DNA from: an uncultured Candidatus Actinomarina sp.
GTDB lineage: Bacteria > Actinomycetota > Acidimicrobiia > Actinomarinales > Actinomarinaceae
Reading direction: 5' to 3'
DNA: 64,000 bases
NCBI GenBank assembly: GCA_902526825.1
Contig: CABZMN010000001.1
Location: 7,819 to 71,818, forward strand
The notes under the pieces were generated by a model that saw nothing but the letters and a program-made list of their open reading frames with translations, had not been told where the DNA came from and made no database searches. A program made the position numbers and the translations under genes. Positions 36,059 through 45,654 of this stretch are shown here, piece after piece (the stretch's first letter is position 1; each line of letters starts with the position of its first letter).

Positions 36059-37429
36059 TTATAACAGTAAAAGAGCTATTCCTAGAAAACCAGCAAAGCC
36101 TGCAATATCTGTAATTAATGTAAGAAATATGTTTGATGCTAATGCGGGATCAAAACCTATCTTTTTAAGCATTAAAGGTATTGATGAACCAAACAAATTA
36201 CCAATAAATATGTTTCCAAAAACTGAAACACTAAGTGCTAAAGAATAATCATTCAAACCAATGAAACTTAGTATTAAAAAAGATAAAACACCTACAAAAA
36301 TACCATTTATTATTCCTATGAAAGCTTGTTTTCCGATTACCTCAAAAACCCTAGCATCCGAAACATCATTTCTAGCAAGAGCCCTAATTACTATAGCTAG
36401 AGATTGAGCACCTGAATTTCCACCAACTAGAGCAACTACTGGCATCAGGGCAGCTAGCAGAATGTCGCTAGCAATAGTCTCTTCGAATTGAGATATTAGT
36501 AAAGACACTATAAAAGCCAAACCCATATTTATTGCAATCCATGGGAGCCTTAATCGTATGGACTTTTGTATGGGTGTGAATATAGTTTCTTCTGCTCCAG
36601 CACCAAACGATTGTGAGAAATCTTCTGCAATTTCAGTTTGAATAACATCTAGCGCTGTATTGACAGTGGTCTGACCGATAAGTTTGTTACTTTTATCTAC
36701 TACTGGAAGAGCTAACAATTCATATTGTTTAATCAAAATTGCTGCATCCTCTTGATCTGAGGACGGATTTACAGAAATTGGATTTTGAATCATTACATTT
36801 TTAATTAATTCATTTTCATCTGCAAATACAATTTCTCTGAATGAAATAACCCCGGTTAATTTCCCTTCATTATCAACGGAATATACATAAATCAGATCTT
36901 CAACATTATTGTGAAGAGCTTTTAACTCTTTTAGCGCATCTTTAACTTTTAAACCAGTTGATATTTTTGCAACCTCTTCTGACATTTGTCTACCTACCGA
37001 GTTTTCAGGATAAGTTAGTCTCTTGTTTATATTAAGTTTTGTTGACTTATCAAGAATTTCTAAAATTTCTTCGGTTTCATCTTCAGTAGATCTCTCAAAA
37101 ACATCAACTACATCCTCTGTATCCATTTGTTTAAATATCTCTTCAACATAAGAATCTTTTAATATCTCTACAATTTCAATAATCGCTCTTGGTCTCAGTG
37201 ATTCAAATATTTTTACCGAAGTTTTAATAGGAAGAGAGGTAATTAACTTTCCTGCTTCAGATGGGTCAAATTCTTCTAGAGTATCAGCAGAGTCAAACGG
37301 GTCGGTTTCAGCAATTTGAACCCATAGGTCTTTATTATTTTCTAGATATATAAAAGCTTGACCAGGCTCTGAACGTGCTAAATCTCTTAATTCTTCGCCT
37401 TTTAATGGTTCTTTTGAATTATTACTCAT
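36059..37429 (-). CDS. mgtE: Magnesium transporter MgtE
   Basis: MgtE_N region, CBS pair (LPVVDKSNKLIG) and a C-terminal TM domain with PWIAINMGLAF and ITDIAGF. Confidence 0.88.
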   Translation of the reverse strand: MSNNSKEPLKGEELRDLARSEPGQAFIYLENNKDLWVQIAETDPFDSADTLEEFDPSEAGKLITSLPIKTSVKIFESLRPRAIIEIVEILKDSYVEEIFKQMDTEDVVDVFERSTEDETEEILEILDKSTKLNINKRLTYPENSVGRQMSEEVAKISTGLKVKDALKELKALHNNVEDLIYVYSVDNEGKLTGVISFREIVFADENELIKNVMIQNPISVNPSSDQEDAAILIKQYELLALPVVDKSNKLIGQTTVNTALDVIQTEIAEDFSQSFGAGAEETIFTPIQKSIRLRLPWIAINMGLAFIVSLLISQFEETIASDILLAALMPVVALVGGNSGAQSLAIVIRALARNDVSDARVFEVIGKQAFIGIINGIFVGVLSFLILSFIGLNDYSLALSVSVFGNIFIGNLFGSSIPLMLKKIGFDPALASNIFLTLITDIAGFAGFLGIALLLL

Positions 37430-37470
37430 GAATACCTCGTATTCACTTTAATTGTCTTAATAAACTTTAT

Positions 37471-39354
37471 TTATGTTAATTGTTTTTTGTGCCAGTCAAT
37501 TATCGATTCAAACCTTTGAATTCTATGTTTTGGCTTCCCTGATCTAGAAAGTTCGTGGCTTTCATCTGGAAATCTAATCATTGTAGTATCGATACCACGT
37601 CTTTTAAGGTTTGAAAACAGTTGTTCACCTTGTTCAACTGGACATCTGTAGTCCTTTTCAGAATGAATAATTAGGGTTGGAGTAATAATATTATTTGCAT
37701 ATGTGATTGGACTTTTTTTTCTGTATAAATTTAAATTATTATTCATATCATCCAAAAGATACATTTCAGGAAAACCAATACCGATATCTGATGTTCCTAC
37801 CATCGTTTCCCAATTCAGCAAAGCTCGCTCAACAATTGCAGATTTAAACATTTTCGGATAATGGCCAATAACCCAAGAGGTCATAAATCCTCCATAAGAA
37901 CCACCCATAATTCCGCAATTTTTGTTTTCAATGCTCATAAGTTTCAGCATTTTTTTAAAAGAGGTTAATACGTCGTGTACATCATTAACTCCCCATTTTC
38001 TTCCACATACATCTCTCAAGAAGTAATGGCCTCTGCCTGTTGAACCTCTAGGATTGCAGGCAATAACATTGAAACCAGCTGAAGCGTATGTTTGAAATTC
38101 ATCAAAAAACGTGTATCCATATTGACTAGCTGGTCCACCATGTATATTTAATAGTGTCGGTTTATTCTTACCAACAAAAATTCCCCATGTGTCTATAGCA
38201 GATTGACCAGTATCTATTCGATGATATTCACAGTCAAATGTTCTAACTTTATTATTGAAGTGATCATTTGTCGTCGACAGCTTTTTGAGTTTTCCATTTG
38301 CTAATTTAAATATTTCATCGGGACGAGAAAATGAATTTGCTATTACATACAAATCTTCATCTATAAAATTAAAATCTTTTATAGTTATATCTTCTTCAAT
38401 TATTGTTTTTTTCTTACTGACATTCCTTAGAAGAGTTCTTCCAGAGTCTTCATATAAACAGAAGATTTCATTATTGTGTATTTTTACTGACACAACATTT
38501 CTATCAAATGAATGCTCAAGAAAACTCAATTTTCCATTTTCTGAGACTTTTAAAATGGTAGTGTTTGTTGGCCATTCGAATCTTTTTCTTAATCCGACGG
38601 CGTAAAGTTTATCTTGAAGACTAAAGATTTGATTAAACATTCCACCCGAATTAATTTTTACTAATTTTGATTTTACTAATTTGATTATGTGTTCCTCAAG
38701 CATTGTTCCGTTTTCATTATGCTGGCTTCCTATAAAGTAAAGATCTGACCCCACTTCAATTAGAGATGATATAGAAAGTAATGATTCCTTATCACCATCA
38801 ACAATTTTTTTAATTTTTATCGAAGAAATGTTTACTTTATAAATGTGAAATCTTTTATTGTAAATTACTCCAGTGGTGTCAAATCTAAAGGGTAGCTTGT
38901 TGATAACTGTAGGTTGGTCTGTTTTATTATCTATTTTTTTAAACTCATCAGACCATTCTTTAGTAATCACATACACGAACTTGCTATTTTCACTCCAAAC
39001 ATAATTTACAATTGAGTCCTCAGTATCAAAGATTACTTTTTCACTATTACCGTTTCTTACAATTAAATAATTTCTCAAAGAATTTTTCTTTTTCTCAAGC
39101 GAATCAAGAATCTCTGAAGATTTAGGTGTTTTAACAAATGAAATCAATTTATTATCTTTTGAATATTTTGGGTTAGAGAAATTCCAGTTTGTAGATTCCT
39201 TTAAATCTATCGACTTATTTTTTGATAATTTATGAATTGAAGTTTCATATGAATTATTTTCTAAGTTCATTTTCATTGATTTGTAAATTAAATCTGAACC
39301 ACTACTTTGAAGTTCAGACAAATTTTTAAAGTCAGAAATATTATTTGGATTCAT
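37471..39354 (-). CDS. S9-family serine peptidase (prolyl oligopeptidase/acylaminoacyl-peptidase type)
   Basis: N-terminal beta-propeller-like region. The C-terminal alpha/beta hydrolase has NIHGGP and the nucleophile motif GGSYGG, followed by DYRCP and ESHEL. Confidence 0.85.
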   Translation of the reverse strand: MNPNNISDFKNLSELQSSGSDLIYKSMKMNLENNSYETSIHKLSKNKSIDLKESTNWNFSNPKYSKDNKLISFVKTPKSSEILDSLEKKKNSLRNYLIVRNGNSEKVIFDTEDSIVNYVWSENSKFVYVITKEWSDEFKKIDNKTDQPTVINKLPFRFDTTGVIYNKRFHIYKVNISSIKIKKIVDGDKESLLSISSLIEVGSDLYFIGSQHNENGTMLEEHIIKLVKSKLVKINSGGMFNQIFSLQDKLYAVGLRKRFEWPTNTTILKVSENGKLSFLEHSFDRNVVSVKIHNNEIFCLYEDSGRTLLRNVSKKKTIIEEDITIKDFNFIDEDLYVIANSFSRPDEIFKLANGKLKKLSTTNDHFNNKVRTFDCEYHRIDTGQSAIDTWGIFVGKNKPTLLNIHGGPASQYGYTFFDEFQTYASAGFNVIACNPRGSTGRGHYFLRDVCGRKWGVNDVHDVLTSFKKMLKLMSIENKNCGIMGGSYGGFMTSWVIGHYPKMFKSAIVERALLNWETMVGTSDIGIGFPEMYLLDDMNNNLNLYRKKSPITYANNIITPTLIIHSEKDYRCPVEQGEQLFSNLKRRGIDTTMIRFPDESHELSRSGKPKHRIQRFESIIDWHKKQLT

Positions 39355-39369
39355 TAATAGTTTTTTATA

Positions 39370-40749
39370 TTATCTTATTCTATTAAAAAGCAGTGTGCCA
39401 ATTATAGAGAATATAAAACCTACACCAAAGGTGTTTAAATCAGCCAGTCCATAAAGGTCAGTTGGTATAAACAAACCTCCAGGATTTACATCTAGATCAA
39501 TATAGTAAAACCTATATAATACTGATGAAACAAATCCTAATGAAAATGGAATCACAATACCTTGACTTGTTTTTCTAATCCGGATTTTATAAAACGCTGG
39601 AAAAACCAAACATACTGCTAGTAAATCAGCAAATAAAAAAACCGAAAAAATGTTTGTAACAAAAAATGATAAAGCTAAAGACCCAAATGTTATTATAAGA
39701 GTGATTATTTTTGCTTCAGCAACCCCACTTTTAACAATATCTAAAGCCATTGTTGATGATATTGCACTTTGCAATGTGTCGATACTTGATGCAACCAACA
39801 TTGTACAAAGGCCTATAACAAGTATTCTTGAGAAAGTATTTAATTGTATTTGCTGAATGAAACTTAATGATGGGTTTTCAATACCAAAACCAGCACCAGA
39901 TGAACCAGCAATCCCAAGTATTAATACAGTTAAAAAACACCCAAGACCTGCAAAAATTGACGATTTCTTTATTACGCTGTCATCTAATGCTGAGTAAGTT
40001 CTCTGCCAGTAACCTTGTGAAAAAATTTCAGCCGCAGTCACTGCAAGGATAACTGCAATTGCAGATCTAAAGCTAGGAAGAGTGAATAAATTTAGTCCTC
40101 CAGTGTTTGCTGCTTTAATAATTTCTCCAAGACCGTTTTGACTAATCCAGAGAGAAAAAACGATAAATAATAAAATAATTATGGAGATTCCTTGAAACCT
40201 ATCAGTAATTAAAGACGCTTTGAAACCAGACAGGTTTAAATATAGGAATGTGACTATGGCTATCGCTACACAAACAATTACGCCTGAAGTATTCGATATC
40301 TCTGGAAAAAGAAAATTTATGGACGCAAATTCAGCAATTAGAAAAGCTGACATATATATGATTGCAACTAATGAAACAAAAATTTGTGCAAAATTACCAT
40401 ATTGCTTGTTTATATATTGAGGTAATGTTGCTTTATCTGGTACAACCTCAACAATTTTAGGACCTACAAAATAAAGCAGTGCAAAAGGTGTTGCAGCTGA
40501 AATAGCATAACCAATTACATCGAATCCTAAACCATACCACCCAACCTCTGCTGGAGATACAATAATCCAAAGACCCATACCACTTGCGTAAAAACTTAGG
40601 GTCAAATTGAAAGTATTTTGAGATTTTAACATCACAAAATATCCATCCCCAGCTTCTTTATTAGAAAGCCTTCTTGTAAGCACAAGAAATAGTAAAAGGA
40701 TGAAAAAGATTAAAATATAATTTGTTAAAATATCTGTACTAATTTGCAC
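39370..40749 (-). CDS. Sodium:solute symporter-family transporter; probable thiamine-precursor (ThiV-like) importer
   Basis: 459 aa with about 13 TM helices and a GTG start with a GAGG RBS. It is directly preceded by a TPP riboswitch. Confidence 0.7.
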   Translation of the reverse strand: MQISTDILTNYILIFFILLLFLVLTRRLSNKEAGDGYFVMLKSQNTFNLTLSFYASGMGLWIIVSPAEVGWYGLGFDVIGYAISAATPFALLYFVGPKIVEVVPDKATLPQYINKQYGNFAQIFVSLVAIIYMSAFLIAEFASINFLFPEISNTSGVIVCVAIAIVTFLYLNLSGFKASLITDRFQGISIIILLFIVFSLWISQNGLGEIIKAANTGGLNLFTLPSFRSAIAVILAVTAAEIFSQGYWQRTYSALDDSVIKKSSIFAGLGCFLTVLILGIAGSSGAGFGIENPSLSFIQQIQLNTFSRILVIGLCTMLVASSIDTLQSAISSTMALDIVKSGVAEAKIITLIITFGSLALSFFVTNIFSVFLFADLLAVCLVFPAFYKIRIRKTSQGIVIPFSLGFVSSVLYRFYYIDLDVNPGGLFIPTDLYGLADLNTFGVGFIFSIIGTLLFNRIR

Positions 40750-40865
40750 AATTACCTCATTTCGTAAATGGGATAAGAGTACCGAATATCCCTTCGTTAG
40801 AATTACCTAACAGGTTCATACGGTCGGTTAATTAACCCTCTCAGCTCATTGCTCCCGTTAGTTAT
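40750..40865 (-). promoter_or_regulatory. TPP (THI-box) riboswitch
   Basis: The minus strand reads ACGGGAGCAATGAGCTGAGAGGGTTAATTAACCGACCGTATGAACCTGTTAGGTAATTCTAACGAAGGGA. It contains CUGAGA and ACCUG-N4-GUAAU-N5-CG-AAGGGA, the thiamine- and pyrophosphate-sensor helices. Confidence 0.85.
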
Positions 40866-40924
40866 ATAATAGACTAAATCTCGAATAAAGAATTTATATA
40901 CAATTTATTATTACCATCCCAATA

Positions 40925-41833
40925 ATGGAAAATAATAAACTTCATCAAAAACCATCTTTAATTCAAACAATTTCAGCTGTTTTAACTGCAGGTGTAATGT
41001 GGGGATCTGGAAATGTAATTATAAGAAGTCTTTTATTAGAGGGTTTGAATGAAGTTTTTCTTGTAACTGCAAGAGTGCTAATAATTGGTACATTACTTTT
41101 TTCATATTATATTATTTTTAACAAAGATAAATTTGATAAAAAGCTTCTTAAAGAGGCTTCACTTACTGGATTGGCCTCAATATTTTTTGTTAGTTGGGCA
41201 TTTATATTCGCACTACAGTACATATCATCTGGTCTTGTTACTTTATTAATAAGCTCAGCACCGATTTTTACAGCAATGTGGGTCAAGCTTATTTTAAAAG
41301 AAGAAAAGATATCAAAACTCAAATATTTATCAGTTGTTGTTGGATTTTCAGGTATAGCATATTTGTTTATTTCGCAAGAAACTGGATTGCTTAATCAAGG
41401 AAATATTTTTTTAGGTGGATCATTAGCATTTATAGGCGTACAGTGCATTGCACTTGCTACAGTTCTAAATCGAAAATATGCACCAAGGTATAAGGTAAAC
41501 AGTTGGCTAACATTTCAGTATCCACTTGTAATAATTTTGACTTTGTTAACATTTTTTATTTCTGGTGTAGGTATAGATGTCCTAAATCTATCTCAGTTTT
41601 TGAGATTAGTAGCACTTGTTGTATGTAATCTTGGAGCTTTTCTTTCATTTACATGGCTAATTCAAAGAGTTAGTGCTTTGCAAGTGGCAAGTATTGACTA
41701 TTTAGTACCTGTGGTAGGTGTTACAGCAGGGGTTCTATTTTTAGGAGAGACTTTTAACAGAAATATATTGATATCAAGCCTATTTATTTTTGCTTCTCTG
41801 TTGTTGACAACCAAGGATGAATTTTCAGACTAA
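40925..41833 (+). CDS. EamA/DMT-family transporter
   Basis: 302 aa with 10 TM helices in two EamA-like halves. Confidence 0.75.
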   Translation: MENNKLHQKPSLIQTISAVLTAGVMWGSGNVIIRSLLLEGLNEVFLVTARVLIIGTLLFSYYIIFNKDKFDKKLLKEASLTGLASIFFVSWAFIFALQYISSGLVTLLISSAPIFTAMWVKLILKEEKISKLKYLSVVVGFSGIAYLFISQETGLLNQGNIFLGGSLAFIGVQCIALATVLNRKYAPRYKVNSWLTFQYPLVIILTLLTFFISGVGIDVLNLSQFLRLVALVVCNLGAFLSFTWLIQRVSALQVASIDYLVPVVGVTAGVLFLGETFNRNILISSLFIFASLLLTTKDEFSD

Positions 41834-42408
41834 AAGCTATCGTATACCTTTTTAACTTTTTTTAAATCTTGCCAAGTTAACCATTTTGGTTTACCAGGCT
41901 CTTTTGATGGATTTCTTAACAGATATGATGGGTGAAAAATTGGCATCACTTTGAAATCATCTTTTTCAATCCATTCGCCTCTAATTTTCGATATTGGTTG
42001 TTTTATATTGAGAAATGACTCAACAGCTGTAGTTCCTGCAAGCACAATAATTTTAGGATCTAAAAAATTGATTTGTTTATCAAGCCAAGGAATACAAGAC
42101 TTGACTTCTTCTAAGGATGGTTTTCTATTGTTAGGAGGTCTACATTTCACAATATTTGTAATATAACAATCTTCTAGAGGATCAATTTCGACTGAGTTAA
42201 GAGCTGAATCCAACATTTTTCCAGCCCTACCTACAAAAGGAAAACCAGTTATATCCTCTTGTTCTCCCGGCCCTTCCCCGATTATTAAAATTTCTGCATC
42301 AGGATTACCTTTTGCTACTACAACATTGGTTCTAGTTTCTGCGAGTAAACACTCTTTACACTTCCTGCATTCTTTATGAAGCAGTTCCAATTGATTTTTT
42401 GAAGTCAT
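41830..42408 (-). CDS. Uracil-DNA glycosylase, family 4
   Basis: An N-terminal Cys cluster (CRKCKEC) and GEGPGEQEDITGFPFVGRAGKML, with HPSYLLR near the C-terminus. Confidence 0.88.
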   Translation of the reverse strand: MTSKNQLELLHKECRKCKECLLAETRTNVVVAKGNPDAEILIIGEGPGEQEDITGFPFVGRAGKMLDSALNSVEIDPLEDCYITNIVKCRPPNNRKPSLEEVKSCIPWLDKQINFLDPKIIVLAGTTAVESFLNIKQPISKIRGEWIEKDDFKVMPIFHPSYLLRNPSKEPGKPKWLTWQDLKKVKKVYDSF

Positions 42409-42442
42409 ATCAAAATATTAATATAAATTATTTTTGTGAACG

Positions 42443-42471
42443 CCCCAGTTCTACATAACTGGGGACTTTTT
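42443..42471 (+). terminator. Intrinsic-terminator-like hairpin CCCCAGTT-ctacat-AACTGGGG followed by a T run (plus-strand orientation)
   Basis: Perfect 8-bp GC-rich stem followed by acTTTTT. No plus-strand gene ends nearby. Confidence 0.4.
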
Positions 42472-42561
42472 GTATACCAACAACTTTTAGGGAGTAACGT
42501 AGTATTTGATTTAATTATGAATTATTGAATTAAATAGAAGTTAAACAAAAGAACAATGTAA

Positions 42562-42627
42562 GTAAAAATGAGAAAACCCTTGAATACTCCGCTTGTTTTG
42601 TTGCCAAAACTCACTTCTTCAAGGGTT
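42562..42627 (-). terminator. Possible long-loop terminator downstream of cbiM
   Basis: The minus strand reads AACCCTTGAA-N33-TTCAAGGGTT followed by TTCTCATTTTT. The loop contains an inner TTTTG/CAAAA hairpin. Confidence 0.3.
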
Positions 42628-42742
42628 ATCTCTTACCCTTCTTGTAATGATCCTCTATAAAGATTTTCTTCACAAAAAGTTAATTTAAAGATAAATAAAA
42701 TATTTCAAGATTTCAAAAAAAAATAATAAATTTTTTCCCACT

Positions 42743-43669
42743 CTAATTCTTGTTTTTAACTTTTATATATATATTAAATAACCCAACTATGACAACAATT
42801 CCTAGAACAGCACTTAGAACAGTTGATAAAAAATTATTATTAATATTCGTAATTCCATAATCATCTAAAAACAAAACTATTCCAGATTCTTCATTAAATC
42901 CATAAGATTCTGCCACAGATTCAAGTCCATCTGGCGATGATGATGCATACGGTGTGATCAATGTCAGTAATAAAATCAACAGGATAAATATTCCATAAAA
43001 TGAAGTTACATTATTTTTAATTTCTTTATCTTGATTAACGTAGACTAAATCTGAGCGAACCCTTAAAAGTAGGGAAACAATTAAACCAGTAATAATTCCT
43101 TCTCCTATACCGATTAATACATGGCTTGAAACCATTGCAATCAAAACACTTCCAAGTGGTACAGCGACTGTTCCTCCAATAGCGTATTCAAGCACAAAAG
43201 CTATTGATGAAAAAACAACTGACAACAAACCAGCTATAAATGAACCAGAAATTATTGATGAGTAACTCTCATTAAATAATTTTTTCCATGTAGATATAAC
43301 TAACCATCCAATAAGAGAAGTCACTACAGCCATATTAAGCAAATTTACACCGAGGGCACTTAAACCTCCGTCAGCAAAAAGAAGAGACTGTATGACAACA
43401 ACAATAGAAATACAAATAATTCCAAGACTTGGTCCAAGTACAATTACTGCTAATGCACCTCCAAGAAGATGACCACTAGTTCCAGCTGCAATTGGAAAAT
43501 TGATCATTTGTAAAACAAAAATTAATGCTGACATCATTCCTGTCAATGCTATTAATCGATCAGCAACTAAATTTTTTGCATTTCTTATATAAGCCCAAAT
43601 AGTTCCAAGACTAATTAATCCAGTTGCTGCAGATACTGGTGCATTTATAAATCCGTCTGGCACGTGCAT
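42743..43669 (-). CDS. cbiM: ECF-type metal transporter component CbiM/NikM fused to a C-terminal PDGLE domain
   Basis: Starts at MHVPDGFINAP, the canonical CbiM N-terminus; the track start at 43714 is probably too early. The C-terminal part contains SSSPDGLESVAE plus a final TM helix. Confidence 0.8.
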   Translation of the reverse strand: MHVPDGFINAPVSAATGLISLGTIWAYIRNAKNLVADRLIALTGMMSALIFVLQMINFPIAAGTSGHLLGGALAVIVLGPSLGIICISIVVVIQSLLFADGGLSALGVNLLNMAVVTSLIGWLVISTWKKLFNESYSSIISGSFIAGLLSVVFSSIAFVLEYAIGGTVAVPLGSVLIAMVSSHVLIGIGEGIITGLIVSLLLRVRSDLVYVNQDKEIKNNVTSFYGIFILLILLLTLITPYASSSPDGLESVAESYGFNEESGIVLFLDDYGITNINNNFLSTVLSAVLGIVVIVGLFNIYIKVKNKN

Positions 43670-43723
43670 ATAAAAAGTATAAAAAAAATTTAACTTATTG
43701 CAAACATTTTGCAATAAGAATGA

Positions 43724-44461
43724 TTATATTATATTGTTATCCTTCATCCATTCATATATTTCACTGAGAACAAACATTCTTGTATCTTGGTTTAAAATTT
43801 CGTGCATAGAGTTGTTTACAGTAACAAATTTTACATTTTCTAATTTAGAAATTTCTTTGTTACCATCAATTGGGCAAACTTTGTCATTATCACCATGAAG
43901 AACAATTGTTGGTATAGTCAATCTATTTATATTTTCTTGTACATAATCTTGTACAAATGCAATTTCAGCACCCAACCTAAAAGTAAATGTTCGAAAAACT
44001 AATGGATCTTCAAAGTAATCAAGTACAACATCTTTATCAGTTGATAAATTTCGTTTTGTTATAGGTGATATTGTTCTTAATTTTGGTGCTATGTTTCCAA
44101 GTGGTCTTGAAAGAGATCTCATAAATTTTGGATAATTATCTTTAAATAATGGTGCAGACAAAATTAAGTAATCAGGTTTAATTATTTCGTTAATTACTCC
44201 ATAGGTTGCAATCAATGCTCCATAAGAATGGCCAAAAACAATTTTCTTACTATGGTTATTTAAATTTTGAAAACCATTTTTCAATGTTTCATTGTTTTCC
44301 TCCCACGAATCAATATGGCCTTTGATTGTTGATTCTTCACCATGTCCAGGAAGGTCAATGGAGTGTGGTGAAATATTTAAATTTTCAAACCAGTCTGAAT
44401 TGATTTGATGTCTTCCTTTATGTTCAAATAATCCATGAAGTAAAAGAACTCCGGCATCCAT
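43724..44461 (-). CDS. Alpha/beta hydrolase (lysophospholipase/monoacylglycerol-lipase-like)
   Basis: LLLHGLFEH, nucleophile elbow GHSYGA, and late HGDND and HE residues. Confidence 0.75.
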   Translation of the reverse strand: MDAGVLLLHGLFEHKGRHQINSDWFENLNISPHSIDLPGHGEESTIKGHIDSWEENNETLKNGFQNLNNHSKKIVFGHSYGALIATYGVINEIIKPDYLILSAPLFKDNYPKFMRSLSRPLGNIAPKLRTISPITKRNLSTDKDVVLDYFEDPLVFRTFTFRLGAEIAFVQDYVQENINRLTIPTIVLHGDNDKVCPIDGNKEISKLENVKFVTVNNSMHEILNQDTRMFVLSEIYEWMKDNNII

Positions 44462-44492
44462 AATTTTTCTCCTTTATATAAACTTAATAATA

Positions 44493-45212
44493 ATGAAATT
44501 AGATTATGTAAAAGTTCCATTTACAAACAATCCTTCAATGACAAGGTTTGAAGGTCCCATTTATAATAAAAATCCTGATAAACGATATTTAATTGACAAA
44601 GAAAAACAATTTAATTTTTTTGATGACAGTATTTATGGTCAGACGACCATATCAAAAGAAAACAAATTACTTGAAAAATTATTAGTATTTTTTAACTTTG
44701 AAAAGACACTTAATATTAAAGACTTATCACGCAGATTAGAAGAAGACTTCGCAATAATGTTCAATGGAAATATGGAGCTTGGATCAATATGTTTTCCAAG
44801 CGGTTGGGATTTTTCTGAAAAATTAGGTAAAAATTTTGCATTTATTCATGAACCTGTGGCTGATAATTCAAAGTTGATTGCCTCTAGTCAAAGACTTTCA
44901 GAATACATGTGCAAACAGACAATACAAAGATGGGTCTGGACCGTAACAACTAGTAAAGAATTGAGTGAACATCCAAAACTAAAAAAACCAAATTTAACAA
45001 ATTTTGAAAATCTTTATTTTAGAGTTGAGACACAAACCTCAACACCAATTGATGAAAATACAAGTTTGTTTTTAATTAAAGTTGAGGTATTTCCATTAAG
45101 AGATGTTTGGGATCCAAAAATATTGGATAGTATTAATTCAATGAGCGAAAGTATTTTAAATTACAAAGGACTAGTAGAAATTAAAGATTTACTAAATAGA
45201 ATGAATTTATGA
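44493..45212 (+). CDS. DUF3445-family protein (related to the heme-dependent oxidative N-demethylase alpha subunit)
   Basis: EEDFAIM...GSICFPSGWDFSEKLGKNFAFIHEPV matches the DUF3445 core (ED..l....vcFPS.W...eKlG.....IH.PV). Confidence 0.55.
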   Translation: MKLDYVKVPFTNNPSMTRFEGPIYNKNPDKRYLIDKEKQFNFFDDSIYGQTTISKENKLLEKLLVFFNFEKTLNIKDLSRRLEEDFAIMFNGNMELGSICFPSGWDFSEKLGKNFAFIHEPVADNSKLIASSQRLSEYMCKQTIQRWVWTVTTSKELSEHPKLKKPNLTNFENLYFRVETQTSTPIDENTSLFLIKVEVFPLRDVWDPKILDSINSMSESILNYKGLVEIKDLLNRMNL

Positions 45213-45628
45213 AAAAAGCATACATTGCTGGACCTTTATTTGATGATCATGAGAGAGAGTATCTCGAAAAAATTGCACAAATAGTTGAAAGTTACGGAAT
45301 CTCTACTTTTGTTCCCCATAGAGATGCAGGATTAGTTACAGGTGATTTCACTTTCGAAAAAAAGGTTAAAGTTTTTGATGTAGATATGGAATATTTAGAA
45401 CCAGCAGATATTGTGATAGCTCTTTTAACAGGTCGGGATGTTGATTCAGGCACTGCAGCAGAAATTGGTTATGCATACAAAGCAGGTAAAAGATTGATTG
45501 GAATTAGTGCAAATACCATAAAACCAATAAACAATTTTGTTTGGGGGATATTTAATTATGGAAAAGATATTGTTGATAGCTTGGACGATCTTAAAACACT
45601 ACTAGAAAAAGAATTTGGTGCATCATAG
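45209..45628 (+). CDS. Nucleoside 2-deoxyribosyltransferase-like protein
   Basis: KAYIAGPLF ... DSGTAAEIGYAYKAGKRLIG fits the PF05014 pattern. The start overlaps the upstream stop (ATGA). Confidence 0.65.
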   Translation: MKKAYIAGPLFDDHEREYLEKIAQIVESYGISTFVPHRDAGLVTGDFTFEKKVKVFDVDMEYLEPADIVIALLTGRDVDSGTAAEIGYAYKAGKRLIGISANTIKPINNFVWGIFNYGKDIVDSLDDLKTLLEKEFGAS

Positions 45629-45654
45629 ATGATTTATCTTTATCATTAATTTAT

